A stretch of 64,000 bases of DNA. Origin: Thermoplasmata archaeon. GTDB taxonomy: Archaea; Thermoplasmatota; E2; JACPAO01; JAHFTW01. Each line of letters opens with the position of its first letter. Position 1 is the first letter of the stretch. The notes below the pieces were generated by a model. It had not been told where the DNA came from and did no database searches. It saw nothing but the letters and a program-made list of their open reading frames with translations. The DNA lies in NCBI GenBank assembly GCA_023269235.1, contig JAHFTW010000009.1, positions 11,872 to 75,871 of the forward strand, in the 5' to 3' direction. Both the position numbers and the translations under genes were made by a program. Shown here in pieces: positions 34,931 to 46,920 of this stretch.

Positions 34931-36601
34931 TCATTCGTCGCGCGTCGTGCCGGCGGGGCGGCCGTTCGTGAAGGGGTCGGCCTCTTCCTCGCTGGCGGCC
35001 ACGTGGCGGTGGTGGGCCTCTTTGCTGTTGCGCACGCCGTAGAAGGCGTACACCAGCAGGCCGAGGCCAGCCCAAGTCACCGAGGCGAGCAAGGTGAACT
35101 TGTCCAGGCTGAAGACGAGAGCGACGACGCCCAGCATGCCGAGGATGCTGAGGAAGGGCACGAGCGGACGTCCATCGCGGCCCTTGATGGCCCACAGCGC
35201 CATCGTGAACGGGCGCTCGATGTCGGGGCGGCGGACGCGGAAGATCCACACGGCCAGGATGACCATGAAGAACGCGAACAGGGTGCCGATGTTGACGAGG
35301 TCCACGGCCGCGCCGAGCGTCAGGAGGCCGGCGAACGCCATCGTGAATCCGCCGTACAGGAGCGTCGTCTTGGCCGGGGAGCCGCGGGAGGAGACCGTGC
35401 TCATCCAGCCGGGCAGGAGGCCGTCGCGGCTCATGTTGAAGAAGACGCGCACACCGCCGAGGATGAGGACGAGCAGCACGGAGGTGGTGCCGATGAGGGC
35501 GCCGATGCGCACCAGCAAGGCGCCGAATCCGAAGCCGTTGAACTGCAGGAAGCCGTTCTGCTCGAAGACGTAGCCGAAGGGCTCGCCGCGCGCGTTGGTG
35601 GCGGCCACCGAGTCGCCGACGAACGTGGTCCAGTGTGCGGCGCTGGAGAGCGCGAAGGCCGCGAGGACGTACAAGATCGTCGTGATAGCGAGGCTGCCGA
35701 GGATGCCGCGGGGCAGGTCCTTCTTCGGCTCGCGGGTCTCCTCCGCCGTTGTCGAGACGGAGTCGAAGCCGATGTAGGCGAAGAACATGATCGCGGCCGC
35801 CGCGAAGACGGCCTGGACCGCGCCGAAGAACCCGGTGGCGTCGTACTGGGAGCCGTCGGGCTTGGCGTAGTGCGGCAAGGGGTCGCTGAAGTTCGAGGCG
35901 TTGAAGGCCAGGAAGCCGCCGATGATGGCGAGGATGAGGATGGCGACCTTGATGATGACGAGCACGAAGGTGAACTTCGCCGACTCCTTCGTGCCGCGGA
36001 TCAGCAGCAGCGTGCAGAACAGCACGATGAGGATGCTCGGCACGTTGAGGATGCCGTGCAGCACGGTGCCGCTGGCGGTCGTCACCGACTCGAGGGGGCT
36101 GTGGGTGAACCAGTAGAGCCACGGTTTGTCCGGGTTGCTGAACAGGTCCGTCGTCGGGTCCGAGTCCTTGAACTGGTTGATGAGCGCGAGGAGGTTGTTG
36201 CGCCAGCCGATGGCGACCGCGATGGCGCCGACGGCGTACTCGAGGATGAGCGCCCACGCGACCATCCAGCCGGGCAGCTCGCCCATGGCCGTGTAGATGT
36301 AAGCGTACGCGGAGCCGGAGGCCGGGATGGCGGCGGCGAGCTCGGCGTAGGCGAAGCCGGCGACCGCGCAGATGGCGGCGGCGACGACGAAGGCGGGGAT
36401 GACGCCGACGCCGGCCTTGGCGATGCCCTGGCCGATGAGGACGAAGATGCCGGCGCCGATGATGCCGGCGACGCCGAGGACGATGAGGTCCTTGGCGGCG
36501 AGCGTCTTGGCAAGGCCGGCCTTGCTGTGGGCCTCCTCAAGGAGGCGGTCGATGTTCTTCTGGAAGCCGAGGCGGGCGAAGCCGCGCTGGATAGAGCTCA
36601 C
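34931..36601 (-). CDS. APC-superfamily permease (cationic amino acid transporter-like)
   Basis: LIVLGVAGIIGAGIFVLIG, FFAYIGFD and a 12-14 TM layout. The GTG start overlaps the upstream stop (GTGA). Confidence 0.85.
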   Translation of the reverse strand: MSSIQRGFARLGFQKNIDRLLEEAHSKAGLAKTLAAKDLIVLGVAGIIGAGIFVLIGQGIAKAGVGVIPAFVVAAAICAVAGFAYAELAAAIPASGSAYAYIYTAMGELPGWMVAWALILEYAVGAIAVAIGWRNNLLALINQFKDSDPTTDLFSNPDKPWLYWFTHSPLESVTTASGTVLHGILNVPSILIVLFCTLLLIRGTKESAKFTFVLVIIKVAILILAIIGGFLAFNASNFSDPLPHYAKPDGSQYDATGFFGAVQAVFAAAAIMFFAYIGFDSVSTTAEETREPKKDLPRGILGSLAITTILYVLAAFALSSAAHWTTFVGDSVAATNARGEPFGYVFEQNGFLQFNGFGFGALLVRIGALIGTTSVLLVLILGGVRVFFNMSRDGLLPGWMSTVSSRGSPAKTTLLYGGFTMAFAGLLTLGAAVDLVNIGTLFAFFMVILAVWIFRVRRPDIERPFTMALWAIKGRDGRPLVPFLSILGMLGVVALVFSLDKFTLLASVTWAGLGLLVYAFYGVRNSKEAHHRHVAASEEEADPFTNGRPAGTTRDE

Positions 36602-37260
36602 TTGCTGGCCTCCGCGGGGAGGGTGGCGGTGAAGCCCCACGCGGTGGCGGACAGCTCGACGGAGACGCTGAGGGTGGGGGCGTTGACGCCGGGGAGGGAC
36701 GGGACGGTCGAGGCCGCGCGGGTGGCGCTGACCTCGACGGTGTAGGTGACGTCCTGCATGCCGGCCATGGTCTTGGCGTCCACGGCGGCGCGCGCATCGG
36801 CTTCGTCCTTGCCCTTGACCGTGCCCAGGTCGGGCGCCTTCATCGTCTCCATGGGGAGGGCGCTGGGCTTGTTGGCGCAGGTGAAGGTGGCGGGGTTGCC
36901 AATGGGGGTGCTCTTGCCGGCGACGGTGCGGGTGAGCTTGACCGTGATGCTGGCGGCGGACTGGCCGGTGGCGGCGCCGCTGCCGGCGCTGTCGTTGCAG
37001 CCCTTGAGGGTCAGCATCGCCATCGCGGGGAGCTTGTCCATGAGCATGACCTGGGCGGTGACGGGGGCGCTGGTGCTCGTGAGCGCCGCGTCCTTGGTCA
37101 TGGCCTTGCCCTGGCTCCAGGCGACCGTGAAGTCTTTGCCGGTGTCGGTGACCTCCAGGTAGGCCTGGACCGTGAAGGGGGCGCTCACCAGGATGACGAG
37201 GACGCCCATGGCGGCGGCGAGGGCGGCGGCGGGAACGTCGTAGTCGCGACGGCTGGGCAT
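36598..37260 (-). CDS. hypothetical membrane-anchored extracytoplasmic protein (220 aa)
   Basis: N-terminal TM segment (AAALAAAMGVLVILVSAPF), then a Thr/Ala-rich beta-type sequence. Translationally coupled to the permease. Confidence 0.5.
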   Translation of the reverse strand: MPSRRDYDVPAAALAAAMGVLVILVSAPFTVQAYLEVTDTGKDFTVAWSQGKAMTKDAALTSTSAPVTAQVMLMDKLPAMAMLTLKGCNDSAGSGAATGQSAASITVKLTRTVAGKSTPIGNPATFTCANKPSALPMETMKAPDLGTVKGKDEADARAAVDAKTMAGMQDVTYTVEVSATRAASTVPSLPGVNAPTLSVSVELSATAWGFTATLPAEASK

Positions 37261-37358
37261 GGCAGGTTCACGACCGAGGGGTCGGTTATAGCGTCTTTCG
37301 TGCCCCGCCTTGAACGGCTGTTCCTTTCTGGGCGTGGGCAGTTCTGGGCAGGCCGCGC

Positions 37359-38804
37359 TCACGCCGGCATGAGCGTGCCGGTCGCCGCGTAGAGCGACGG
37401 ACCGGACTGCAGGACGGCGACCGTTCCGAGACGGTCGCGCGAGTCGGCGGGCTTGGCGGCCGGTCCGCGGCAGGCCTCCGAGGTGCAGCCGTCGGCGAAC
37501 GCGACGTGGACGCGGCCGTCGTGGTCGATGACGATGTCGATGAAGTCGAGCAGGTTGCGCTCGGCGCCATCGGAGTCGCCCGAGTTGGTGCTGATGCCGC
37601 CGACCTGGATGGGGTCGTCGCCGGTGACGCGGACCGTCTGGAACGTGGGGTGCTCGGCGAGCGCGTCGAGGCTGAAGGTGACGAAGAGGCTCCAGCGCAC
37701 CGTGTCGTTGACGTTGTCGGGCACCGCGAGGAGGCCGTCCTTCGTGGTGGACGAGGCGGCGTCGGCGACGCCGTAGTACGCCATCGCCACGCGGCCCGGC
37801 GAGCCGGCGGCGATGACGGGCATCGCGACCGTGCCAAGCTCGGGGGTGACGACGACGGCAGGCGCCCAGGTGGCGCCGTGGTCCATCGAGTGGCTGAGGT
37901 AGAGGCGGTTGTCGCCGCCGGGGAACGCGATGTAGACGGTGTTCTCCGTGTCCACGGCGAGCTCCGGGTTCTTGTCATGGTCGGGGGTGCCGACCTCGTT
38001 CGCGACGATGGTGTTCGTCCAGGTGAGCCCGTTGTCGGTGCTGTGCGCCACGACGGGGCCGCCCAGCGTTCCGGGGCGGGCGCCGGCGCAGTTGCTGCGG
38101 CTCGGGACGTAGACGGTGCCGTCCGGGCCCGCGACCAGGGAGCCGTGCAGGCCGCCGCCGCACCGCGGGACGTCGCCGCTGGGCAGCGGGGTCGAGGCGG
38201 GGAAGGACTCCGCGACGAAGGGGAAGGTCTGGCCGCCGTCGATGCTCATCGCGATGCGGCTGTCGGCGATGCCGTTGACGCCGTAGTAGACGACGTTCGG
38301 GTAGACGAGCTTCGTCGCGGTGGCCGCGCGGTCGAGGGGGCTGCCCGGGACGTACGCGCCGGTGGTGACCTTCTGGTGGTCGTTGGCGGGCGTGCCGCAG
38401 GCCACGGGGTTCGCGACCCAGGTGGCGCCGCCGTTGTCGGAATAAAGGAGGTAGCTGCACGCGACGTAGAGCTGGTCGGAGAAGACGCGGTCGGTGACCG
38501 GGTCGACCCAGAGGAAGGGGTCAAGCGTGGTCGGGAGGGCGTAGGGCGGGTTGACGTTCGCCCAGGTGCGGCCGCCGTCCGTGGACTTCATCGTGTTCGC
38601 GAGCGCCTGGAAGAAGATGCTGCCGTCCGAGGTGACGCCGATGGTCGGTTCGGGGCCCTGCTCGCCGACGCTCGCGACGAGGAACGTCGGCATCGCAGAG
38701 GAGGCGCCAACCGGGTTCGTCGACGAGGAGACGGAAGGGTCGCTCGAGGAGCATCCGGCCAGGAAGGCCACCGCGAGGAGGGCGACGGGGACGAGGGCAC
38801 GCAT
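37359..38804 (-). CDS. BNR/Asp-box repeat (sialidase-like beta-propeller) lipoprotein
   Basis: Lipobox LAGC. Asp-boxes STDGGRTW, SDNGGATW, SIDGGQTF, STDNGLTW and SMDHGATW. Confidence 0.75.
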   Translation of the reverse strand: MRALVPVALLAVAFLAGCSSSDPSVSSSTNPVGASSAMPTFLVASVGEQGPEPTIGVTSDGSIFFQALANTMKSTDGGRTWANVNPPYALPTTLDPFLWVDPVTDRVFSDQLYVACSYLLYSDNGGATWVANPVACGTPANDHQKVTTGAYVPGSPLDRAATATKLVYPNVVYYGVNGIADSRIAMSIDGGQTFPFVAESFPASTPLPSGDVPRCGGGLHGSLVAGPDGTVYVPSRSNCAGARPGTLGGPVVAHSTDNGLTWTNTIVANEVGTPDHDKNPELAVDTENTVYIAFPGGDNRLYLSHSMDHGATWAPAVVVTPELGTVAMPVIAAGSPGRVAMAYYGVADAASSTTKDGLLAVPDNVNDTVRWSLFVTFSLDALAEHPTFQTVRVTGDDPIQVGGISTNSGDSDGAERNLLDFIDIVIDHDGRVHVAFADGCTSEACRGPAAKPADSRDRLGTVAVLQSGPSLYAATGTLMPA

Positions 38805-38853
38805 GGACGCGGCCACGTCCTTTCCGGATTGAGCCTTGCGGTGGGGACCTGCG

Positions 38854-40287
38854 TTAGAGCGGTTTGAGGTCGCCCTTCGTCGCGTAGAGCGACGGCCCCG
38901 TTTCCTGGATGGCGACCGTGCCGCGGCGCGCGCGCGAGTCGGACGCCTCGGGCGAGCCGTCGTGCGCGCATTCGCCGCGGCATCCGTCGGCGAAGGCGAT
39001 GTAGAGGCGGCCGTCGCGGCCCATGCTGAGGTCGTTGAAGTCCAGCAGGTTGCGGTTCGTCGTCGTGCGGCCCGCATCGGTGCGGCAGTCGCCGGAGCTG
39101 ATGCAGATGGAGCCGGCCTGCACAGGATCCCCAGTGACCTTGACGGTGTGCCAGGTCGGGTTCGCCGCGAGCGCGTCGAGGCTGAAGGTGACGTAGAGGT
39201 CGTAGGTGACGCCCTCGGGCGCGTAGTGCGGGTTGCCCCCCCAGGGCTTCTTGTCGATGTCGTCCGTGCCTAGCAACTCCTTGTTCGTGGAGCCAAGATA
39301 GGCGAGGGCGATGCGGCCAGGGTCGCCGGCCTGGATGTGCGGGAACGTGGTGCTAATGACGTTGGAGGGGGACGCGCGCAGGCTGGTCGTGTCCCAAGTC
39401 TTGCCGCCGTCCGTGGAGCGGGAGACGTACACGCCGAAGTCCTTGCCAATCCACGTGTAGTAGGCGTTGGAGGCGGTGTCCGCGGCCACTTCTGGGTTCT
39501 TGCGTGGGTTCGGGGTCCCGGCGTCCTGCCCGAGCTGGACGACTGACCAGGTGTAGCCATTGTCGTGGCTTACAGCGACCTCGGGGACCTCGGTGCGCGG
39601 CGGGACGTACACGGTGCCGTCGGGGGCGGTGCTGATGGCGCCGTGCAGCCCCGTGGTGGGGTTCGTGACCTCGCCCGGCAGGACGGCGCCGATGGCGGTG
39701 GAGCCGACGGGGAAGGTCATGCCGCCGTCGAAGCTGGTGTAGCAGAGCACGCCCTCGCCGGAGTTGTGGCAGAAATAGGTGGCCTGGTCGTACACGCCGA
39801 GGGTCTTCCCGACGGGGCCGAAGCCCGCGTTCGTCCATGGCCCGGTGGCGAGCTTGATGTGGTCGATGTCGGGGACGGTGCCCATGTCGAGCGGGTTGGC
39901 GAGCCAGGTCGCGCCGTCGTCGTCGGACCACGCGATCCAGGTGCCCTGCGTGCTGAGCATCTGCAAGTCGAAGATGCGGTTCGTGACCGGGTCCACCCAG
40001 AGGTAGGGGTCGCTCGTGGTGGGCGCCTGGAGCGGGCTCGCGACCTGCTCCCACGACAGGCCACCGTTGCAGGAGCGCATCACGGCGATGTCCGCGAGGA
40101 AGAAGGCGCAGCCGCTCGCGGTGATGCCGATGCTGGGCTCGGGGCCGTCGCGGCCGACGTCGCTCACCAGAAACGTGGCGATGGGCGTCTCCGGCGCGGG
40201 GGCCGTCGAGGGGACAGGGTTGGTGGCCTTCTGGGCACAGCCCGCGAGGACGACGACGAGGGCGGCGAGCACGGGCAGGACGCGCAT
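38854..40287 (-). CDS. BNR/Asp-box repeat (sialidase-like beta-propeller) lipoprotein, paralog
   Basis: Lipobox LAGC. Asp-boxes SDDDGATW, SFDGGMTF, SHDNGYTW and STDGGKTW. Collinear with 37359-38804. Confidence 0.75.
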   Translation of the reverse strand: MRVLPVLAALVVVLAGCAQKATNPVPSTAPAPETPIATFLVSDVGRDGPEPSIGITASGCAFFLADIAVMRSCNGGLSWEQVASPLQAPTTSDPYLWVDPVTNRIFDLQMLSTQGTWIAWSDDDGATWLANPLDMGTVPDIDHIKLATGPWTNAGFGPVGKTLGVYDQATYFCHNSGEGVLCYTSFDGGMTFPVGSTAIGAVLPGEVTNPTTGLHGAISTAPDGTVYVPPRTEVPEVAVSHDNGYTWSVVQLGQDAGTPNPRKNPEVAADTASNAYYTWIGKDFGVYVSRSTDGGKTWDTTSLRASPSNVISTTFPHIQAGDPGRIALAYLGSTNKELLGTDDIDKKPWGGNPHYAPEGVTYDLYVTFSLDALAANPTWHTVKVTGDPVQAGSICISSGDCRTDAGRTTTNRNLLDFNDLSMGRDGRLYIAFADGCRGECAHDGSPEASDSRARRGTVAIQETGPSLYATKGDLKPL

Positions 40288-40358
40288 GGACGGCTGGACG
40301 GCGCCGACCGCTTCAGGGTTTTGGGGCAGGCTTAGAGCACAAAGTCTAGGCCCACCAG

Positions 40359-40420
40359 CCGGGCGTCCAAGGACGCCCGGCGGAAAGGTTTGGCTTCGTT
40401 CAAAGAACGAAGTCCAAACC
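40359..40420 (-). terminator. two strong hairpins at the ftsZ 3' end, the first spanning the stop codon
   Basis: Minus strand: GGTTTGGACTTCGTTC-TTT-GAACGAAGCCAAACC (40387-40420, 15 bp with one bulge; the TGA spans the loop/3'-arm junction). Then CCGGGCGTCC-TT-GGACGCCCGG (40359-40380). Confidence 0.5.
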
Positions 40421-41530
40421 CATGTCCTTGCGCTGCTTCTCGACCTTCTGCGGCGTCGGGCCGAGGATCTGGCGCGACTTGACACCGGTGATGACGAGCA
40501 TGACGCGGATGGCGCGGTCCATGGCCTCGTCGATGCGGGCGCCGAACAGGACGCGGGCGTCGCGGTTGACGCGCTCATGCACTTCCTGCACGGCCTGCAT
40601 CGCCTCCTGCATAGTCATGTCGCGGCCTCCGACGACCATGACGAGGGCGCCGGTGGCGTCGGAGATGTCGACGTCGAGAAGCGGGGAGTTGAGGGCCTCC
40701 AAGACGGCGTCGCGGGCGCGCTCGTTGCCGTCGGACTCGCCAATGCCGATCATGGCCACGCCGCCGCGCTTCATGATGGTCTTCAGGTCAGCGAAGTCGC
40801 GGTTGACGAGGCCCGGCTTGGTAATGATCTCGGTGATGCCCTTGATGCAGCGCATGAGGACGCCGTCGGCGACCTTGAAGGCCTGGCTCAGGGGAAGACG
40901 CGGGGCGATCTCGAGGAGCTTGTCGTTGGGGATGACGATGACGGTGTCGCAGACGTCGCGCATGCGGGCGAGGCCGGCCTCGGCGTTTTCCATGCGGACC
41001 GCGCCCTCGTAGCGGAAGGGCAGGCTGCAGACGGCGATGGTGAGCGCGCCGGCCTCGCGGGCGAGCTTGGCGACGACGGGCGCGGAGCCGGTGCCGGTGC
41101 CGCCGCCGAGGCCGCAGGTGACGAAGACGATGTCCTGGCCGGCGACGTGGGCGCGCAGGTCGGCCTCGGTCTCGAGCGCGGCCTCCTCGCCCACTTGAGG
41201 CAAGGCACCGGCGCCGAGGCCGCGCGTGAGGTGGCGGCCGATGAGGACCTTGTGCGGCGCGCGGACCGCGAGGAGGTGCTGCGCGTCGGTGTTGAGGGCG
41301 ACAAGCTCGACGCCGTCGCCGAGATCCTCCTCAAGGCAGCGCTGGATGGTGTTGCTGCCGGCGCCGCCGCAGCCGACGACCTTGATGCGCGTGGTGAGGG
41401 ACTGCAAGACGGCCTCCAGCTCGGTGCCCTGGCCTTGCGGCTTGGCGGAGAGGACGCCGCCGTAGCCGTTCTGGACGGTGCGGGTCTCGAGTTCGGCGCG
41501 GGCCACGGCTTCGCGGATAATGTCCTTCAT
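40400..41530 (-). CDS. ftsZ: cell division protein FtsZ
   Basis: [10 protein letters not shown], tubulin signature [15 protein letters not shown] and NTDAQ. The longer ORF start (41629) is rejected because a TATA-like element lies inside it. Confidence 0.95.
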   Translation of the reverse strand: MKDIIREAVARAELETRTVQNGYGGVLSAKPQGQGTELEAVLQSLTTRIKVVGCGGAGSNTIQRCLEEDLGDGVELVALNTDAQHLLAVRAPHKVLIGRHLTRGLGAGALPQVGEEAALETEADLRAHVAGQDIVFVTCGLGGGTGTGSAPVVAKLAREAGALTIAVCSLPFRYEGAVRMENAEAGLARMRDVCDTVIVIPNDKLLEIAPRLPLSQAFKVADGVLMRCIKGITEIITKPGLVNRDFADLKTIMKRGGVAMIGIGESDGNERARDAVLEALNSPLLDVDISDATGALVMVVGGRDMTMQEAMQAVQEVHERVNRDARVLFGARIDEAMDRAIRVMLVITGVKSRQILGPTPQKVEKQRKDMGLDFVL

Positions 41531-41588
41531 GTGTGCATCCCCAGGGAGCTTGCGCTCCCCATCCCACTCCTGGTGACCCAGAAGGACC

Positions 41589-41603
41589 GGGATAAGGGTT
41601 TCC
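41589..41603 (-). promoter_or_regulatory. TATA-like element for ftsZ (minus strand GGAAACCCTTATCCC)
   Basis: CTTAT core ~65 nt upstream of the ATG at 41530, giving a short leader. Confidence 0.35.
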
Positions 41604-41650
41604 AAATGAAATGGAGGTCCTTCGCCCAAGGTTGTGGCCGGGGCAGGCGG

Positions 41651-44246
<2,596 letters not shown>

Positions 44247-44248
44247 CC

Positions 44249-44992
44249 ATGCAGAACCGAACCTACCGCGCCCTCATCGTCTCGGGCATGATGCTCAATG
44301 TGATGTTCCTCGCCCTCGTCCTCGCGGACGAGTACAAGTGGGAGCGCGCCTACATGGTGCCGCTCTTCATCGCCTGGGTCTTCCTGATCTTCCTGACCAT
44401 CCTGCTGCTGTTCTTCGGCCGGCCCGAGTCGGTGGTCCGCTTCGCGCGCGTCGAGGAGCGCTCGCCCTCCCCCGCCCGCCCGATGCCCGAACCGGCCTTC
44501 CAGCCGGTCACCCCCGCGGCGAAGCCCGCGCTCCGCTTCGCCAGCGTCAAGGCCGGCGGCATCCCCTTCGAGTTCAACGGCTACACGCTATACGGCCGCG
44601 ACGTCGAGCTGAAGAACGGCGGCACCCGCCCCATCTACTTCTTCAGCAAGCATGAGCCGAAGTCCGGCAAGATGGTCGCCAAGCCCGCCGGGTTCCACGT
44701 CGGCGTCAACGAGCGCACCGGCCTTCCGTTCCTGAAGAAGGGCACGGGCAACGACGGCGAGGATCTGACCCCCGAGGCCGTCTTCCAGTACCAAGCCCAG
44801 TGCGCCGCGCTCACGGAGGATGGCGCGCAGTGCCGCAACTCCAGCCGCATCGGCTCGAAGTACTGCGCGAGCCACTTCGGCTACCAGCCCAAGGTCATCC
44901 CGAAGGCCGAGGCCAAGCGCGAGGACACGAGGCCGCGCTACAAGAACGCGCCCGACACGTTGCCCGCGGTTCGCAAGAAGTCGTCCGCCTAG
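44249..44992 (+). CDS. membrane protein carrying the NGYTL...YFFS...RTGLPFLKK module plus a C-terminal Cys/His motif
   Basis: Two N-terminal TM helices. The module at aa ~105-165 resembles the protein at 25971-26162. CAALTEDGAQCRNSSRIGSKYCASH. Starts 3 nt after the upstream stop. Confidence 0.55.
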   Translation: MQNRTYRALIVSGMMLNVMFLALVLADEYKWERAYMVPLFIAWVFLIFLTILLLFFGRPESVVRFARVEERSPSPARPMPEPAFQPVTPAAKPALRFASVKAGGIPFEFNGYTLYGRDVELKNGGTRPIYFFSKHEPKSGKMVAKPAGFHVGVNERTGLPFLKKGTGNDGEDLTPEAVFQYQAQCAALTEDGAQCRNSSRIGSKYCASHFGYQPKVIPKAEAKREDTRPRYKNAPDTLPAVRKKSSA

Positions 44993-45042
44993 CCCGCCGC
45001 GAAGCAAACGCTTAGAGCCGCGACGGGCTGGCCGCGCCCAGC

Positions 45043-45504
45043 ATGTTCGCCTGCCCCCACTGCAACGCCATCGGGATGTTCATGGCGATGAAGGATGGCC
45101 AGCTCATCCGCGTCCTCGAGGACCACGAGGACGTCGAGAACCTCGACAAGGTGTACGAGCTGCTGTGCGTGGAGTGCAACAAGTGGTTCCCCAACCCCGC
45201 GAAGGGCGACGCCGTCCACAAGCGCGTCCTCACGGGCGAGCTCGTGACCATCACGGGCCTGGTCAGCCGCGGCACCATCAAGGTCGTCGCCACGGGCGTC
45301 ACGATGCGCTTCCACTACGCGAGCTATGAGACCGACGCGGCGAAGCTGCTTGCCGCCCAGCCGCGCCAGTTCATCGAGGACCTGTTCGAGTTCAGCCACC
45401 ACCGTGACTGCACCCTCGGGCTGCGCGTCAAGGCGAAGGATTCCCCCAACACCTGGGTGTACCGCCTGGACAAGAAGCGTCTCCGGAAGGCCCTGAAGGC
45501 CTGA
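45043..45504 (+). CDS. hypothetical zinc-ribbon protein (153 aa)
   Basis: CPHC-x34-CVEC at the N-terminus. No family recognised. Confidence 0.5.
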   Translation: MFACPHCNAIGMFMAMKDGQLIRVLEDHEDVENLDKVYELLCVECNKWFPNPAKGDAVHKRVLTGELVTITGLVSRGTIKVVATGVTMRFHYASYETDAAKLLAAQPRQFIEDLFEFSHHRDCTLGLRVKAKDSPNTWVYRLDKKRLRKALKA

Positions 45505-45553
45505 CGCGTGGCGTGAAAGGCAGGATTATCCGCACCCGGCCGAATCGTGGGGC

Positions 45554-45745
45554 ATGGACCCCATCCTCCTGGACGGCCTGTTCGGCGTCGTGCCCTGGTC
45601 GGTCGTCATCCTCATCGCGATCGTGGCCATTGGCCTGCTGTTGATCCGCGCCACCATCTCGCTCATCAAGGTCGCCATCCTGGTGGCCATCGGCGTCGGC
45701 TGCTTCTTGCTGGTGCAGTTCGTGCTGAAGAACTTCGGCGTCTAG
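45554..45745 (+). CDS. small two-TM membrane protein (63 aa)
   Basis: VVPWSVVILIAIVAIGLLLI and VAILVAIGVGCFLLVQFVL. A TATA-like GGATTATCCGC lies ~28 nt upstream. Confidence 0.4.
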   Translation: MDPILLDGLFGVVPWSVVILIAIVAIGLLLIRATISLIKVAILVAIGVGCFLLVQFVLKNFGV

Positions 45746-46026
45746 GCGAACGGCGGCGACGGGGCATCAAGCGCCGCGAGGAACGCGCCGCTCGGCGTGG
45801 CGCTGTCCAGCCGCACCGCGACGAGGCGGCCCCGGCGTGCCACCACGACCGCGCGCAGGGTGGTGAGCTCGCGCACGGCGCGGCTCGCGACCATCGGGGC
45901 CACGTCCGCGAGCCGGGCCAGCTCGCGCACGCTGAGCGAACGGTGCGGGTTCCGGCGCAGGGCCTCGACGACGGCGCCGCGGCCGCGCCGGCCGAGCATC
46001 GCCAGGAGGGGATTGTCGTTCAGCAC
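45742..46026 (-). CDS. small winged-helix DNA-binding protein (GTG start)
   Basis: RGAVVEALRRNPHRSLSVRELARLADVAPMVASRAVRELTTLRAVVV is HTH-like. AAATTTGATA lies ~30 nt upstream on the minus strand. Confidence 0.45.
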   Translation of the reverse strand: MLNDNPLLAMLGRRGRGAVVEALRRNPHRSLSVRELARLADVAPMVASRAVRELTTLRAVVVARRGRLVAVRLDSATPSGAFLAALDAPSPPFA

Positions 46027-46070
46027 AGACTCCTGACCTTGTCCTGGTGTATCAAATTTGGGACAGCGGC

Positions 46071-46083
46071 GTCAAATAGGGGG
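46071..46083 (+). promoter_or_regulatory. TATA-like promoter element for rps3ae (GTCAAATAGGGGG)
   Basis: ~26 nt upstream of the ATG at 46101. Confidence 0.4.
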
Positions 46084-46100
46084 CCTTTGTCGGAGCCTCC

Positions 46101-46817
46101 ATGGCCCTAGCACGCGCACGCGTCCAAGCCCGCAAGACGAAGGACCGCTGGAAGTCCAAGCAGTGGTTCAAGCTCACCGCCCCCGTCGCCTTCAACAGCG
46201 CCATCCTGGCCGAGACCCTCTCCGATGAGGGCGAGAAGGTCATGGGCCGCACCGTCGAGGTCACCCTCAACGAGCTCACCGGCGACATGAAGCAGATGCA
46301 CATCAAGCTCACCTTCCAGGTCAAGGAGGTCGTGGACCTCCAGGCCAAGACGCAGTTCGTCGGCCACAGCATGACCTCGGACTACGTCCGCCGCCTCGTG
46401 CGCCGCGGCAACACCCGCATCCCCGGCGTCTTCGACGTCCAGACCACCGACGGCTCCCGCGTCCGCGTGAAGCCGTTCGCCGTGACGGACCGCCGCTGCC
46501 AGACCACCCAGAACATGGCCATCCGCGCCATCATGGGCGCCGCCATCCAGGAGTCCGCCAGCCGGAACAACCTGAGCGGCTTCCTGGCCGACGTCCTCCA
46601 GGGCGGCCTCAGCGAGCGCATGCACAACGCCGCCCGCAAGATCCACCCGGTCCGCCGCATCGAGGTCGCCAAGACCGAGATCCTGCAGGCCCCCTCCATC
46701 GAGGTCGACGAGACCCCGGTGTTCAAGGTCGCGGCCCCTGAGGCCGAGCCCGCCGCCGAGGCCCCCGCCGCCGACTCCGCCGAGGAGAAGGTCGTCGAGG
46801 ACCTGAGCGACGAGTAG
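46101..46817 (+). CDS. rps3ae: 30S ribosomal protein S3Ae (eS1)
   Basis: KDRWKSKQWFKLTAPVAFN ... GRTVEVTLNELTGD ... DYVRRLVRRG follows the S3Ae pattern. Acidic C-terminal tail. Confidence 0.9.
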   Translation: MALARARVQARKTKDRWKSKQWFKLTAPVAFNSAILAETLSDEGEKVMGRTVEVTLNELTGDMKQMHIKLTFQVKEVVDLQAKTQFVGHSMTSDYVRRLVRRGNTRIPGVFDVQTTDGSRVRVKPFAVTDRRCQTTQNMAIRAIMGAAIQESASRNNLSGFLADVLQGGLSERMHNAARKIHPVRRIEVAKTEILQAPSIEVDETPVFKVAAPEAEPAAEAPAADSAEEKVVEDLSDE

Positions 46818-46820
46818 GCG

Positions 46821-46863
46821 CCCGTCCATTCCCCCTCTTTCCTTCCTTCTCCATTTTCTTTTC
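46821..46863 (+). terminator. polypyrimidine tract after rps3ae
   Basis: CCCGTCCATTCCCCCTCTTTCCTTCCTTCTCCATTTTCTTTTC begins 4 nt after the stop. Confidence 0.45.
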
Positions 46864-46920
46864 ATGGCATCGTGAAGCACGGCGGAGCGCCCGCTAGGCC
46901 ACGTTGGGATTCCTGCCAGT

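Noticed and set aside
41531-41629. 33-codon N-terminal extension of ftsZ (ORF start 41629)
   Set aside because: A CTTAT-type promoter element lies inside it, and canonical FtsZ similarity begins after the ATG at 41530.
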